Below, piece by piece: positions 1 through 8,643 of a DNA stretch of 32,000 nucleotides. The notes below the pieces were generated by a model. It made no database searches, was not told the DNA's origin, and was given only the letters and a program-made list of their open reading frames with translations. Positions within the stretch are counted from its first letter, which is position 1. Each line of letters opens with the position of its first letter. The position numbers and the translations under genes were made by a program. The stretch is from positions 15,177-47,176 of the forward strand of contig JBMFIL010000002.1 of assembly GCA_049976325.1 (NCBI GenBank). The letters are read 5' to 3'. Origin of the DNA: Thermoprotei archaeon (GTDB lineage Archaea; Thermoproteota; Thermoprotei_A; Marsarchaeales; UBA168).

Positions 1-1
1 A

Positions 2-355
2 ATAAAGGACACCGAGGTCGGAGTTGACGTGAGCATAGAGGCCGTGGGAAAGTCTGAGACCGCCGCCCTAGCCCTGTCCTTGACCCGGAAAGGAGGAAGA
101 ACTGTTATAGCTGGCGTTTTCGAGATACCTCAGGTCCAGTTCAACCCCATGCTACTCGTTGACAACGAAAAGGAGATCTATGGGACGCTGGGGTACTCTT
201 GGGGAGACTTTCCAACCGCGATCTCCCTCATTGCGAAGGGCCTTGTCAACGCCAAGAAGCTTGTAAGCAGGGTTCTGCCGCTCGATCAGGCAGAAGAAGG
301 ATTCAGGCTCGCGCTTTCGAGACAACAGGTCGTCAAGGTGCAGCTTCAGCCTTGA
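2..355 (+). CDS. C-terminal fragment of a zinc-type medium-chain (MDR) alcohol/polyol/threonine dehydrogenase family protein; the 5' end lies outside the window
   Basis: Frame 2 is open from the window edge (IKDTEVGVDVSIEAVGKSETAAL...), so the track start at 29 is an internal GTG. The DV-x-IEAVG, RKGGRTVIAGVF and C-terminal PLDQAEEGFRLAL segments look like the second half of an MDR Rossmann domain. TGA stop at 353-355. Confidence 0.6.
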   Translation: MKDTEVGVDVSIEAVGKSETAALALSLTRKGGRTVIAGVFEIPQVQFNPMLLVDNEKEIYGTLGYSWGDFPTAISLIAKGLVNAKKLVSRVLPLDQAEEGFRLALSRQQVVKVQLQP

Positions 356-1837
356 AGCAAGGTCCGAAGAAAGCATCTGCGAGTAGTTTAGTATGGGCTT
401 CCTGGCGGCCCTGACCTCATCGACTTTTTTGACGCTTGCGTTTGCTGGTTCATTCTGAAGCTGCTCATCTGGCATTTTTGAGGCATTTATCAAAGCTGAC
501 ATGTACTCGTCTATTTCTTCCTTTCCCTCTGTCTCGGTGAACTCTATCATCAGCGATTCGTCCAGCTCCGGAGGGAAGTGGACCGAGGGGGCGTATCCGT
601 AGCTTAGCAAGAACTTTGCTATGATAGACGCTTTTTTTCCCTTTACCGAGAAGGCGAACTCGTGCTTTCTCGGCCTTCCACGGTTAGGTACGTTAAATCC
701 CTCATCCAAAAGCGAGACCGCGTAGTTCGAGTTCAGCACGCTGTAACGAGCGACATCAGCCAAACCCTCTGAACCTAGAAGCCTGATGTAGCAGTAAGCC
801 CTCACAAGGGCCGCAAGGTTTCCGAATCCCTCCGATATCCTTCCTATGCTCTTGGGGAAATCCTCGCTAAGCTCAGGCTTTCCGTCCTTTTCAATCAAGC
901 GAGGTACCGGGAGGTAATCTGACAGAAAAGCCCTCACTCCCACGGGTCCCGCCCCCGGTCCCCCTCCTCCATGAGGGGAAGCAAAGGTCTTGTGAAGGTT
1001 GAGCTGAACCATGTCGAAGCCCATGTCAGCTGGCCTGTAGAGGCCAAGAAGAGAGTTCATGTTGGCTCCATCGAAGTAAGCAACGCCTCCTGCTTCGTGA
1101 ACTGCCTTTACTAGATCTAACGTGCTAGGCTCATAAAGGCCGTACGTGTTTGGCACGGTGAGCATGACCGCGGCCACCTTGTCGCTCACTGAGCTTTCCC
1201 AGTTGGAAAGAACGCCATCGTGAACGGGCAGCTTCACGACCTCAAATCCCGCCATGGCCGCGCTGGCAAAGTTTGAGCCGTGAGCCGTGAGGGGTATCAG
1301 TATCTGATTTCTGCCCCTGAGGCCTTCCTGATCCCGCCAAAGCTCACCCTTTTCCTCAAAGTATTTTCTTATCATCAGGAGAGACGCGAGTTCGCCCTGA
1401 GAGCCTGCCTTTGGAGTCAGGGTGAAGTTATCCATGCCGGTCAGCTCTTTCAAGTAGAGCTCAAGGTCAATCAGCACGGCGAGTAGTGCCTCGTATTCCT
1501 TGAGCTGCTCGTAGGTTAACTCGGCTATCCTATCCAATCTCGCTATTCTCTCCAGGATCTTCGGGGTGTACTTCATGGTGCATGAGCCAAGCGGAACCGT
1601 TCCGGAGTCAACCCCGAAGTTCATCTGCGATAGGTGAACGTAATGTCTGGCAAGCCTGACCTCGGGTACCTTGGGTACCCTTGGGGGATGGTCTCTGGCC
1701 AAGGCCTCTGGCAATCCCATTTCCCTAGCGGTGTCCTTGGGAGAGTAGCTTGGGGAGAAGCCGAGCTGAAAGACAAGCGGTTCGTTCTGGTTCTCGCTTA
1801 CCTCCCATTTGGCCTGCCTGTACTTCACTAAGATCAC
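152..1837 (-). CDS. gcvPB: Glycine dehydrogenase (decarboxylating) subunit 2 (P-protein beta)
   Basis: 561-aa ORF with the PLP-lysine region VQLNLHKTFASPHGGGGPG and GSCTMKYTPK, typical of GcvPB. It has a 4-nt overlap with the upstream gcvPA. The conserved core appears to end near VDEVRAARKPILNY (about nt 377). The last ~70 codons run antisense through the neighbouring gene (see findings). Confidence 0.9.
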   Translation of the reverse strand: MILVKYRQAKWEVSENQNEPLVFQLGFSPSYSPKDTAREMGLPEALARDHPPRVPKVPEVRLARHYVHLSQMNFGVDSGTVPLGSCTMKYTPKILERIARLDRIAELTYEQLKEYEALLAVLIDLELYLKELTGMDNFTLTPKAGSQGELASLLMIRKYFEEKGELWRDQEGLRGRNQILIPLTAHGSNFASAAMAGFEVVKLPVHDGVLSNWESSVSDKVAAVMLTVPNTYGLYEPSTLDLVKAVHEAGGVAYFDGANMNSLLGLYRPADMGFDMVQLNLHKTFASPHGGGGPGAGPVGVRAFLSDYLPVPRLIEKDGKPELSEDFPKSIGRISEGFGNLAALVRAYCYIRLLGSEGLADVARYSVLNSNYAVSLLDEGFNVPNRGRPRKHEFAFSVKGKKASIIAKFLLSYGYAPSVHFPPELDESLMIEFTETEGKEEIDEYMSALINASKMPDEQLQNEPANASVKKVDEVRAARKPILNYSQMLSSDLASRLKLHLDDLLSRKREPESFFCLIERQNPAYKLLGVDKALRNEGDRGWKVSPRVPQRPIDLLFVVNE

Positions 1838-3102
1838 CCCATGATTTCCTGAATGGCGCTCAGAGGCGTACCCCCAAAGAGCAGGACCTGATCTTGCAAC
1901 GGGTAATGCTTCCAGAGGGGAATCCCAACGCGATGGACCGGCTTGCCGGAAGAACCCGGCAGCCTCGCGACGAAACGGTCCAGGTAAGGTCCTGAAAACG
2001 TGGGAGCCTCATAGCCCATGGAGGCCAAGGCCAACGCGAGCTCATGAGACTGCTTGGCTGATTCCTTCAGAGACTTCGCCATTCCTTCAGCCCCCATCAG
2101 GGATATGTAGGCGGCTGCCCTGACAGCGTTGAGGGCCGAGTCTGTAGTAACGTTGCTGGTGGCTTTTTCTCTCCTTATGCTCTGCTCTCTGGTAAGAAGG
2201 GTTAAGCAGTAGGCGAGCTTGCCCTCCGAGTCAAGGGTCGCCCCGACCAGCTTACCTGGAAGTTGCCTGGTGAGCTCTCCCCTTGCAGCCAATATCCCAA
2301 GCCCTGAGGAGGCATATGGATGAGAGCCCACTCCCTCAGCTACCACTACGTCAGCGCCGTAATCCGAGGGAGGCTTCAGAACGGACAAAGAGGGCAGGTC
2401 CACTCCAATGCCGAAAAGCGCCCCTTTGGAGTGGGCCCACGCTGAGATCTCATCGAGGCCCTCCTCGATCACCCCAAAGAAATTAGGTGATTCGACGTAA
2501 ACCATGGACACCTCATCAGTCACGTCCCCAAGTGAAAGGTCAACCTCTCCACTCTCATCGAAGGGTATCTCGACAACGTCCAGCGATCCCCCGTAGGCAT
2601 AGGTTTTGAGCACAGCCTTTCTCTGGGGATCTGCAGATGAGGCAACCAGCAATTTTTTTCTACCGTTGACCCTCTTGGAGAGGAGCGCTGCCTCTCCAAG
2701 GGCAGCTCCTCCATCATATAGCGAGGACGTAACCGCGTCCATTCCGGTAAGCTCGCTGACCAGCGATTGAAACTCAAACAGCGATTGAAGCATGCCCTGG
2801 CTAAGCTCGCTCTGATATGAGGTGTATGCCGTGTACAGCTCAGCCCTAGAAGATATCTCATCAAGAAGGGCGGGGACGTACCTTGAGGGGATGTAGGAGG
2901 GAGGTGGAGAACCCAACTTCTCAGACAGTTCCCGCTCCAAGGTCGCCTCGTCCACCGCGGCCGGCAAGTTGGGGCTGTGAGGCTCCACGGGAACATCTTT
3001 GAACAGTTCATCAATGGATGAGGCTTTTACTTGTTCAAGCATCGTTTTTACGTCGTTCTCTGTAAGGGGCACGTACGGGTTTCTGGGGCGCTCAGGGACC
3101 AC
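1834..3102 (-). CDS. gcvPA: Glycine dehydrogenase (decarboxylating) subunit 1 (P-protein alpha)
   Basis: 422-aa ORF. The N-terminal YVPLTENDVKTMLE and SYQSELSQGMLQSLFEFQSLVSELTGMD blocks are characteristic of GcvPA. It is translationally coupled to gcvH (11-nt overlap) and gcvPB (4-nt overlap). Confidence 0.9.
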   Translation of the reverse strand: MVPERPRNPYVPLTENDVKTMLEQVKASSIDELFKDVPVEPHSPNLPAAVDEATLERELSEKLGSPPPSYIPSRYVPALLDEISSRAELYTAYTSYQSELSQGMLQSLFEFQSLVSELTGMDAVTSSLYDGGAALGEAALLSKRVNGRKKLLVASSADPQRKAVLKTYAYGGSLDVVEIPFDESGEVDLSLGDVTDEVSMVYVESPNFFGVIEEGLDEISAWAHSKGALFGIGVDLPSLSVLKPPSDYGADVVVAEGVGSHPYASSGLGILAARGELTRQLPGKLVGATLDSEGKLAYCLTLLTREQSIRREKATSNVTTDSALNAVRAAAYISLMGAEGMAKSLKESAKQSHELALALASMGYEAPTFSGPYLDRFVARLPGSSGKPVHRVGIPLWKHYPLQDQVLLFGGTPLSAIQEIMG

Positions 3103-3496
3103 TTATCATCGCCTCGTAATCATTACTTTTAAGAAGCCTCGGGATTTCCTCCGAAAGCTTGGTGGGCTTTATCTTCGCTATCCATCCCTTTCCGTAGGGA
3201 TCCTGGTTTATAAGCTCAGGCGACTCGGAAAGGCTCTGGTTCACCTCTAACAGGTATCCCGATAATGGGGAATATACCTCAGCCACTCCCTTGTAAGCCT
3301 CCAGCTCCGCAAGCACCTCTCCAAGCTCATAGTGCTTTACCTTCGGAAGGATAACGTACACTACGTCACCAAGCTTGGCTTGAGCGTAGTCCGTTATGCC
3401 CACGACGACCACTTGGTCGCCACTTTCATCTGATGTCAGCCTGGCCCACTCGTGTTCCTTGGTGTAATAAAGATCGGTCGGCACCAAGTATTTCAT
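3092..3496 (-). CDS. gcvH: Glycine cleavage system H protein (lipoyl carrier)
   Basis: MKYLVPTDLYYTKEHEWARL start, and the lipoyl-lysine context ELEAYKGVAEVYSPLSG. I prefer the ATG at 3496 over the track's TTG at 3559, because a TTAAAT box (3517-3522, minus strand) lies ~23 nt upstream of that ATG and the extra 21 residues are not GcvH-like. Confidence 0.85.
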   Translation of the reverse strand: MKYLVPTDLYYTKEHEWARLTSDESGDQVVVVGITDYAQAKLGDVVYVILPKVKHYELGEVLAELEAYKGVAEVYSPLSGYLLEVNQSLSESPELINQDPYGKGWIAKIKPTKLSEEIPRLLKSNDYEAMISGP

Positions 3497-3514
3497 AGGG
3501 CCCCTTTGAGTGCT

Positions 3515-3524
3515 ACATTTAACC
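3515..3524 (-). promoter_or_regulatory. TATA box of the gcvH-gcvPA-gcvPB operon
   Basis: The minus strand reads AAAGGTTAAATGTAG. The box centre is ~23 nt upstream of the gcvH ATG at 3496, the same spacing seen at many other genes in this window. Confidence 0.45.
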
Positions 3525-3977
3525 TTTGTTGTTTCCGTTGAAGGCCCTTGCACGTCCAAGTCATGGGCGCGGCGGTAACTTTACCCTTTACGTCTCCCCT
3601 GTCCCGTTTTGGCAAAGCGCTCCCCTAGGATAAGATATTGAGTTTCGCCTTGGCATGGGGAACCGCATCCCTTGGATAAGGCTGCCTTGGTAAGGCATCT
3701 CTTCTCTCATCTCTAACCTTGCCATGCAAAGCTTCTTTACCGCGCTCATCTTGATAAGCTCCTCTTGAGCAAGAGGTCAATTTATTCTTACGGCTTCTTA
3801 GGCCAAGTCGCTTTGCACGCTTGGACACGCGACCTCGATACGGGAAAAACGGAAGCCCAAATGCCATTGGGCGTAAGCTTTTCCCATAGTTGGGCCTAAC
3901 TTTGAGCTCGGATCAGCTCGAGGTGTTACTTTTGCGTCCTTCATCGCTACGCTTTTGTGCTGCAGCGGCCATTCCTT

Positions 3978-4430
3978 ATGGTAGACGTAGGAAGCAAGGC
4001 GCCAGATTTTACGTCCGTAGACTCCGATGGAAATCCGGTCTCGCTTTCACAGTTCTCGGGAAAGGTGGTCGTCCTCTACTTTTATCCTCGCTCAAACACT
4101 CCGGGGTGCACACGCGAAGCGCTCAGCTTCAAGGATAGCATGAAGTGGTTCCTTGACAAAGGCGTAATTGTACTTGGGGTAAGCACTGACTCACCAAGCG
4201 CTCAGAAGAAGTTCAAGGAAAAGTACGGCTTGAACTTCACGCTTGTGAGCGACAAAGATAAGGAGATAAGCAAGGCATACGGCGTTCTATCTCCTAGGGG
4301 AACTGCCCTGAGGACAACCTTCATAATAGCAGGTGATGGAAAGGTGGCCCACGTGTTTACCAAGGTGAAGCCTGACGGCCACGCTAATGAAGTAATCGAG
4401 AAAATAAGCTCGCTCGGCCTCGTCAGGTGA
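3978..4430 (+). CDS. bcp: Peroxiredoxin, Bcp/PrxQ type (thiol peroxidase)
   Basis: MVDVGSKAPDFT...VVLYFYPRSNTPGCTREA carries the peroxidatic Cys motif P-x-x-x-T-P-G-C-T. An alternative in-frame GTG start lies at 3957. Confidence 0.85.
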   Translation: MVDVGSKAPDFTSVDSDGNPVSLSQFSGKVVVLYFYPRSNTPGCTREALSFKDSMKWFLDKGVIVLGVSTDSPSAQKKFKEKYGLNFTLVSDKDKEISKAYGVLSPRGTALRTTFIIAGDGKVAHVFTKVKPDGHANEVIEKISSLGLVR

Positions 4431-4605
4431 TCAGCGCGCGGCGCGGGACGTCGCTGGACATAAGTTCACGGGCTTGCCCTTGCGGCCCTTATAGTTTTGA
4501 GACGGCCCTGTCTTCCATTCACGAGCCGCGAGGTCCATGTGGTGTCCTACTCTGGAACTGCGAAAAGTTACATCTTAACCAACTTTCCTATGGAACTTAG
4601 ATGCC

Positions 4606-5937
4606 TCAGTCCTTAATGTGCGATGCTTCCTTCGACAGCGGATCCTGAGGAAGCCAGCTGACAATTAGAAGCGACATTATCTGAAGCGATGCCGCAACTA
4701 CCCAAGGAGAAGCCGGCATCACCTGATAAAGCATTATGCCTACGAACTGCGATGGTATGACCATCAAGTTTGTCATCACACCCGTTACGGCAGAAACCTT
4801 AGCTCTCCTCTCGTTAGGTATGAGATCGGCCCAGTACCCCCCTCCCGCCGGCCCAGCCATGGCAGAAGAGAAACCTCCAAGCGCAGCAGAGAGGGTGAGA
4901 AGTGGCACGTTATTTCTTGCCATCAGGAAGAATATGCTCGAAAGCGGCAACACCGAGAAGCCCATGAGCAAAAACCTTTTCAGGTGAACTGGAGAAAGCC
5001 GAGGCGCCAGCACGATGGTGAGAACTATGCTTGAAGCCGTTGAAGCTGAGGCAAAGAAGGCTATGGATGAAAGGGACAACCGCAGCTGCTCAACGATGAA
5101 TAGCGGGTAAGCTAGCGCGGGCATTGCTGACGCAAATGTCGATATGGCCGTAGCTAGCCAGTAAAAGAAGGCCGGCCTGTAGTTCCAAACCCAGCGTATA
5201 TCGTCCATGTAGCTTCTCAAGAGGTCGGAGTGCACGAAGTAACGGGGTAAGTGAGGAGGGAAAGCGGTAAACACAGATATGTACCTCTTGGGTAGGAAAC
5301 CTGAGGTACTGCGCGATAGCCCCGCCTCCGTTTCGTTTAGCCTTTTTAGCCTTATGAACTCGCCAACGGCGACGGACGCCGCAACCGACATGTACAGAAG
5401 CCTAACCGCAAAGGTAAGCCCAGCAACGGAGCCCATAGCTAGCTGAAAGTGCTGAATCAAAAGCGCACCAATGAAGGGCATTACGAGGCCAGGTAGAGGA
5501 CCAAGCACAGCGTTGATGGCGTAAGCCTTTCCCCTCTTCTCCGGCGGGACCGATTCGACAAAAAGGCAACCGTAGGCAACGGCTGAAGCTCCGTTTGTTC
5601 CCCATATTATGGCGTAGAGAAAGAAGTAAAGCGGATTCTTCGCCATGGCAAGCAAAGAATAACCCAAAATCCAGCTTATGAAGTCAAAAGTTATCAATGT
5701 CCTTTTCCTGCCCCAAGCGTCGGCCAGTGCCCCTCCTAGAATGAGGAAGACCAGCGACACAGACGTGCTGACAACTGAAACTAAGCCCATGGCCGTCTCG
5801 GTCATGCCGAGATCCCTCATGTAAAAAACGCCCCATTGGCCAACTGCTGCTGTCGGAATCCCGTAAAAAAGCACCCCAGTCCATATGAGTAACCAGGCGT
5901 TTTCCTTAATCTCTTTTATCTCTTCAAGCAGGGCCAA
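4606..5937 (-). CDS. MFS transporter (substrate unknown)
   Basis: 443-aa polytopic hydrophobic ORF with an MFS loop 2-3 signature GGALADAWGRKRT. TTG start per the track. Confidence 0.75.
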   Translation of the reverse strand: MALLEEIKEIKENAWLLIWTGVLFYGIPTAAVGQWGVFYMRDLGMTETAMGLVSVVSTSVSLVFLILGGALADAWGRKRTLITFDFISWILGYSLLAMAKNPLYFFLYAIIWGTNGASAVAYGCLFVESVPPEKRGKAYAINAVLGPLPGLVMPFIGALLIQHFQLAMGSVAGLTFAVRLLYMSVAASVAVGEFIRLKRLNETEAGLSRSTSGFLPKRYISVFTAFPPHLPRYFVHSDLLRSYMDDIRWVWNYRPAFFYWLATAISTFASAMPALAYPLFIVEQLRLSLSSIAFFASASTASSIVLTIVLAPRLSPVHLKRFLLMGFSVLPLSSIFFLMARNNVPLLTLSAALGGFSSAMAGPAGGGYWADLIPNERRAKVSAVTGVMTNLMVIPSQFVGIMLYQVMPASPWVVAASLQIMSLLIVSWLPQDPLSKEASHIKD

Positions 5938-6104
5938 GCATGACCTGAATTCGGAAGTCTCCCCCGTAGATAAGCCTTGCCTTGAAGAAATTTTTCCATT
6001 AATGCCGAAAATTAGGTGCTAAGCGGGCAAGCGCCCCAAGCCCTCTTTGATTTTTGCACGGACAATGCCTTTAAGCCCACAGCTAAAGGTTACGTATCAG
6101 GGTC

Positions 6105-7052
6105 ATGCTTTACGCGATGGTGAACAGGAAGGAGGCGCAAAGCCTAAAGGAGAAACTGAAACGCCTCCACATATTGGCTGACGGTTATCCAGTTATCAGA
6201 GAGGATGACTTAGTCGGATTTCCCATCCTCAACAAACCAAAGGAAATGGACCCGAATGTGACCATTAGGGAAATTAATGCTGAGCAGTTACCCCAGCGCA
6301 AGCCCTTGCACGAGCTTATATCGCGTTCTTTTGACCTAATCGGAAGCATTGCCGTGGTCAGGGTTAGGAGAGAAGTGGACTTAAGCGGTGCAGCTGAAGA
6401 GGCCAAAATTCTTATGCAGTTAAACCCTTCCGTACAGGGCGTCTTTGCGCGCGTTGGACCAGTTGGGGGACAGTACAGGACCTCGCCCCTCGTCCACCTG
6501 GCAGGCTCAAGGGAGACATTGACCGTTCACAGGGAAAACGGCTTTGCTTATGTAGTTGACGTGGAAAAGGTGTTCTTCTCCCCCAGGCTTGCGACCGAGA
6601 GACGGAGGATTTACCTTCAGGTGAGGCCTGGAGAAAGGGTGCTGGACATGTTCGCGGGCGTAGGTCCCTTTTCCATACCAATGGCTAAAAGAGGAGCGAC
6701 TGTTTGGTCGTGTGAGATAAACCCCACCGCGCTTCAACTTCTCGAGAAAAACGCCGCGCTGAACCGCGCTTACGTAAGGACCTTCCCAGGAGATGCGAGG
6801 GCAGTGGCGGAGGGACAGGCCAGGGGATGGGCTCAAAGGATAATCATGAACCTCCCCTCTAATTCTATCGACTTCATGGACTCAGCTTTATTGGCCCTCT
6901 CAGCGAGCGGTGGAATCATTCACGTTTACGTGAGGGCGAGGGACAATCCAGCTCATGTCCTGTCCTCGTTCGGAAGGATAACCTTCATGAAACCTCTAAA
7001 GGAGGTTTCATCAACGGAAAAAGTATACGTTGCGGACCTCCTAGTGACGTGA
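6105..7052 (+). CDS. trm5: tRNA (guanine37-N1)-methyltransferase, Trm5/Taw22-like class I SAM methyltransferase
   Basis: SFDLIGSIAVV, VLDMFAGVGPFSIPMAKRG (SAM-binding) and IMNLP (catalytic NLP/NPPY-type) motifs. The ~315-aa size matches archaeal Trm5. Confidence 0.75.
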   Translation: MLYAMVNRKEAQSLKEKLKRLHILADGYPVIREDDLVGFPILNKPKEMDPNVTIREINAEQLPQRKPLHELISRSFDLIGSIAVVRVRREVDLSGAAEEAKILMQLNPSVQGVFARVGPVGGQYRTSPLVHLAGSRETLTVHRENGFAYVVDVEKVFFSPRLATERRRIYLQVRPGERVLDMFAGVGPFSIPMAKRGATVWSCEINPTALQLLEKNAALNRAYVRTFPGDARAVAEGQARGWAQRIIMNLPSNSIDFMDSALLALSASGGIIHVYVRARDNPAHVLSSFGRITFMKPLKEVSSTEKVYVADLLVT

Positions 7053-7086
7053 CCGAGACGGTTAAAAACCGCGCGATGGCTTACGT

Positions 7087-7620
7087 ATGGGAGACTTCTT
7101 GAAGGTACTCAGGGATGATCACGCAAAAACTATGCAGAAAATGCCACAGTTTGAGGCAGCAGTAGCTGGCCTCTCTCTTGGAAACTTCTTCGGCGCTCAG
7201 CTGCTGGTGAACTACGTGTCAAATGAGCTCGTTGAACGCCACTTTAAGCTGGAGGAGGAAATCCTTTTCCCTTTGGTGGAACCCGTGCTTAAAAGTTACC
7301 TTCCAAAGGAGGAGCCGATCAGAATGCTGAAGCTTGAGCACATCGCCATAGCCCGTACTGCCGATGAAGTTAGGGCTCACATGATGAGGGCGGAAGCCAA
7401 GAGAGCTTCCGAAAGCGGTAGCCTGTTGCTTTCCTTGATAAAGCAGCACATATTCAGGGAAGAAAATGGGCTTTTTGGAATTGCCGAGAAGTACCTAGGC
7501 GAAAAAGAGAAAGCGGAAATAGAGTCGAAGCTCTCGATCAGATCGAGGGAACTTCAACTTCGACCTCCTTCTTTATCTCAGAGGAGCGATATACTGCATC
7601 TATTATTGCGTGTAGAATAA
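7087..7620 (+). CDS. Hemerythrin-like (HHE cation-binding domain) protein
   Basis: Repeated H-x3-E helix motifs: VERHFKLEEEILFP, LKLEHIAIA, KQHIFREENGLF. The last 83 nt overlap the convergent oxidoreductase gene. Confidence 0.55.
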   Translation: MGDFLKVLRDDHAKTMQKMPQFEAAVAGLSLGNFFGAQLLVNYVSNELVERHFKLEEEILFPLVEPVLKSYLPKEEPIRMLKLEHIAIARTADEVRAHMMRAEAKRASESGSLLLSLIKQHIFREENGLFGIAEKYLGEKEKAEIESKLSIRSRELQLRPPSLSQRSDILHLLLRVE

Positions 7621-8614
7621 GGCTCTGCTCCGCTGTAACGGGAGGTCTCCTCGTTTTTAGGGATTGTATGAACGCCTTTATCATTTCAAAGGCCTCGTCC
7701 ACTGGCTGAAGCTTGACCTCCTCGTCGTAGACCTTTCCGCCCGACTTTGAGGAAACTGTGAGTGACCTCAGGGACTCGCCTCCGCCTCCCTCGACTCCTC
7801 CCTGATCTCCCTGCACCCTTAGCAAAGAGATCTCTCCCTTGATGGGAAGGTTCGATGCCCAGCTCGCCTCAAGCAATGCGGAGCCCTCGTTCTCAAAGGT
7901 TATCAGCCCCACGGAGTAATCGTCCAGCTTGAACCTCTTGTGGTCCCAAGTGCCCCAGTTCATCCTTGTCTCTTCTTCCTTGTTTCCGAACATTGTGTAG
8001 GCATGTCCCGCAACCCTAAGTGGAGTTGGAAAGCCCATGATTGCCAGCATAGAATCCAGGGCATAGCAACCTATGTCAAAGAGCGCTCCCTTTCCTCCCG
8101 AAAGCCTCTCATCTATGAAAGTTGGGCTTCCGGGAATTCCCCTGCGCCTAAGTATGGAGGAGTAGGAGAAGAAGAACCTGCCGAAGAAGCCCTTTTCCAT
8201 TAAAGAAATCGCGTGCTGAAGCCAAGGTGAAAACCTTGACCAGTAACCAACCATGAGAACAGCATTGTGGTCATGCGCCGTTACCGCAAGGTCCACTGCC
8301 GCGTCAAGATTTGGAGCAAGGGGCTTGTCCACGAGAAGGTTCACGCCATGCTGCGCCACTACCTTTCCAACCTCAGCGTGAAGACCGCTCGGTGTCACAA
8401 CGCTGACGGCATCAAGGTCCTCCGCTTCCAGCATTTCACGATAGTCCTTGTAGTAGCTCGGTATGCCGTATTTCTGCGACACCTGTTTTGCTTTCTCCTC
8501 GTCTATGTCGGCCACGGCAATAACGTGAACGTCCTCGTTTTCCAACTTCTTGTAAGGCACCAGGTGCCTTCCCACGCCATGCCCTCCTACTCCTATGATC
8601 CCTATGTTAACCAT
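7538..8614 (-). CDS. Gfo/Idh/MocA family NAD(P)-dependent oxidoreductase
   Basis: N-terminal Rossmann motif VNIGIIGVGGHGVGRH followed by LVDKPLA, a typical family layout. 358 aa. Confidence 0.8.
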   Translation of the reverse strand: MVNIGIIGVGGHGVGRHLVPYKKLENEDVHVIAVADIDEEKAKQVSQKYGIPSYYKDYREMLEAEDLDAVSVVTPSGLHAEVGKVVAQHGVNLLVDKPLAPNLDAAVDLAVTAHDHNAVLMVGYWSRFSPWLQHAISLMEKGFFGRFFFSYSSILRRRGIPGSPTFIDERLSGGKGALFDIGCYALDSMLAIMGFPTPLRVAGHAYTMFGNKEEETRMNWGTWDHKRFKLDDYSVGLITFENEGSALLEASWASNLPIKGEISLLRVQGDQGGVEGGGGESLRSLTVSSKSGGKVYDEEVKLQPVDEAFEMIKAFIQSLKTRRPPVTAEQSLILHAIIDAVYRSSEIKKEVEVEVPSI

Positions 8615-8643
8615 ATCATATGGAGGAACCTACGTTAAAGCAT

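Noticed and set aside
3497-3600. A possible glycine riboswitch or leader upstream of the glycine cleavage operon
   Set aside because: The TATA box lies ~23 nt from the gcvH ATG, which leaves no room for a leader. I could not find the conserved glycine-riboswitch cores. That riboswitch class is bacterial.
3625-3867. The 80-aa ORF on the minus strand. The same judgement applies to the 97-aa ORF at 20826-21119.
   Set aside because: Both are very Arg/Lys/Ser-rich with no hydrophobic core or motif. This is typical of chance ORFs in GC-containing non-coding or structured-RNA sequence.
3540-3900. RNase P RNA or SRP RNA assignment for this spacer. One example of the resemblance is the minus-strand GCGGUAAAGAAGC at 3731-3743, which looks like the RNase P GCGGUAAGAGC element.
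   Set aside because: The resemblances are short and partial. There is no GGAAAGUCC with an ACAGAA..CGGCUUA partner able to form P4. There is no GNAR-capped helix 8 with the AGCA loop. The element order does not fit. The spacer is kept only as an unassigned candidate RNA.
7538-7620. An 83-nt convergent overlap of the hemerythrin-like and oxidoreductase genes. Smaller convergent overlaps occur at 12622-12643 and 26818-26858.
   Set aside because: These are probably late stop codons in a compact genome. The overlapping tails are short, and nothing suggests a regulatory antisense arrangement beyond crowding.
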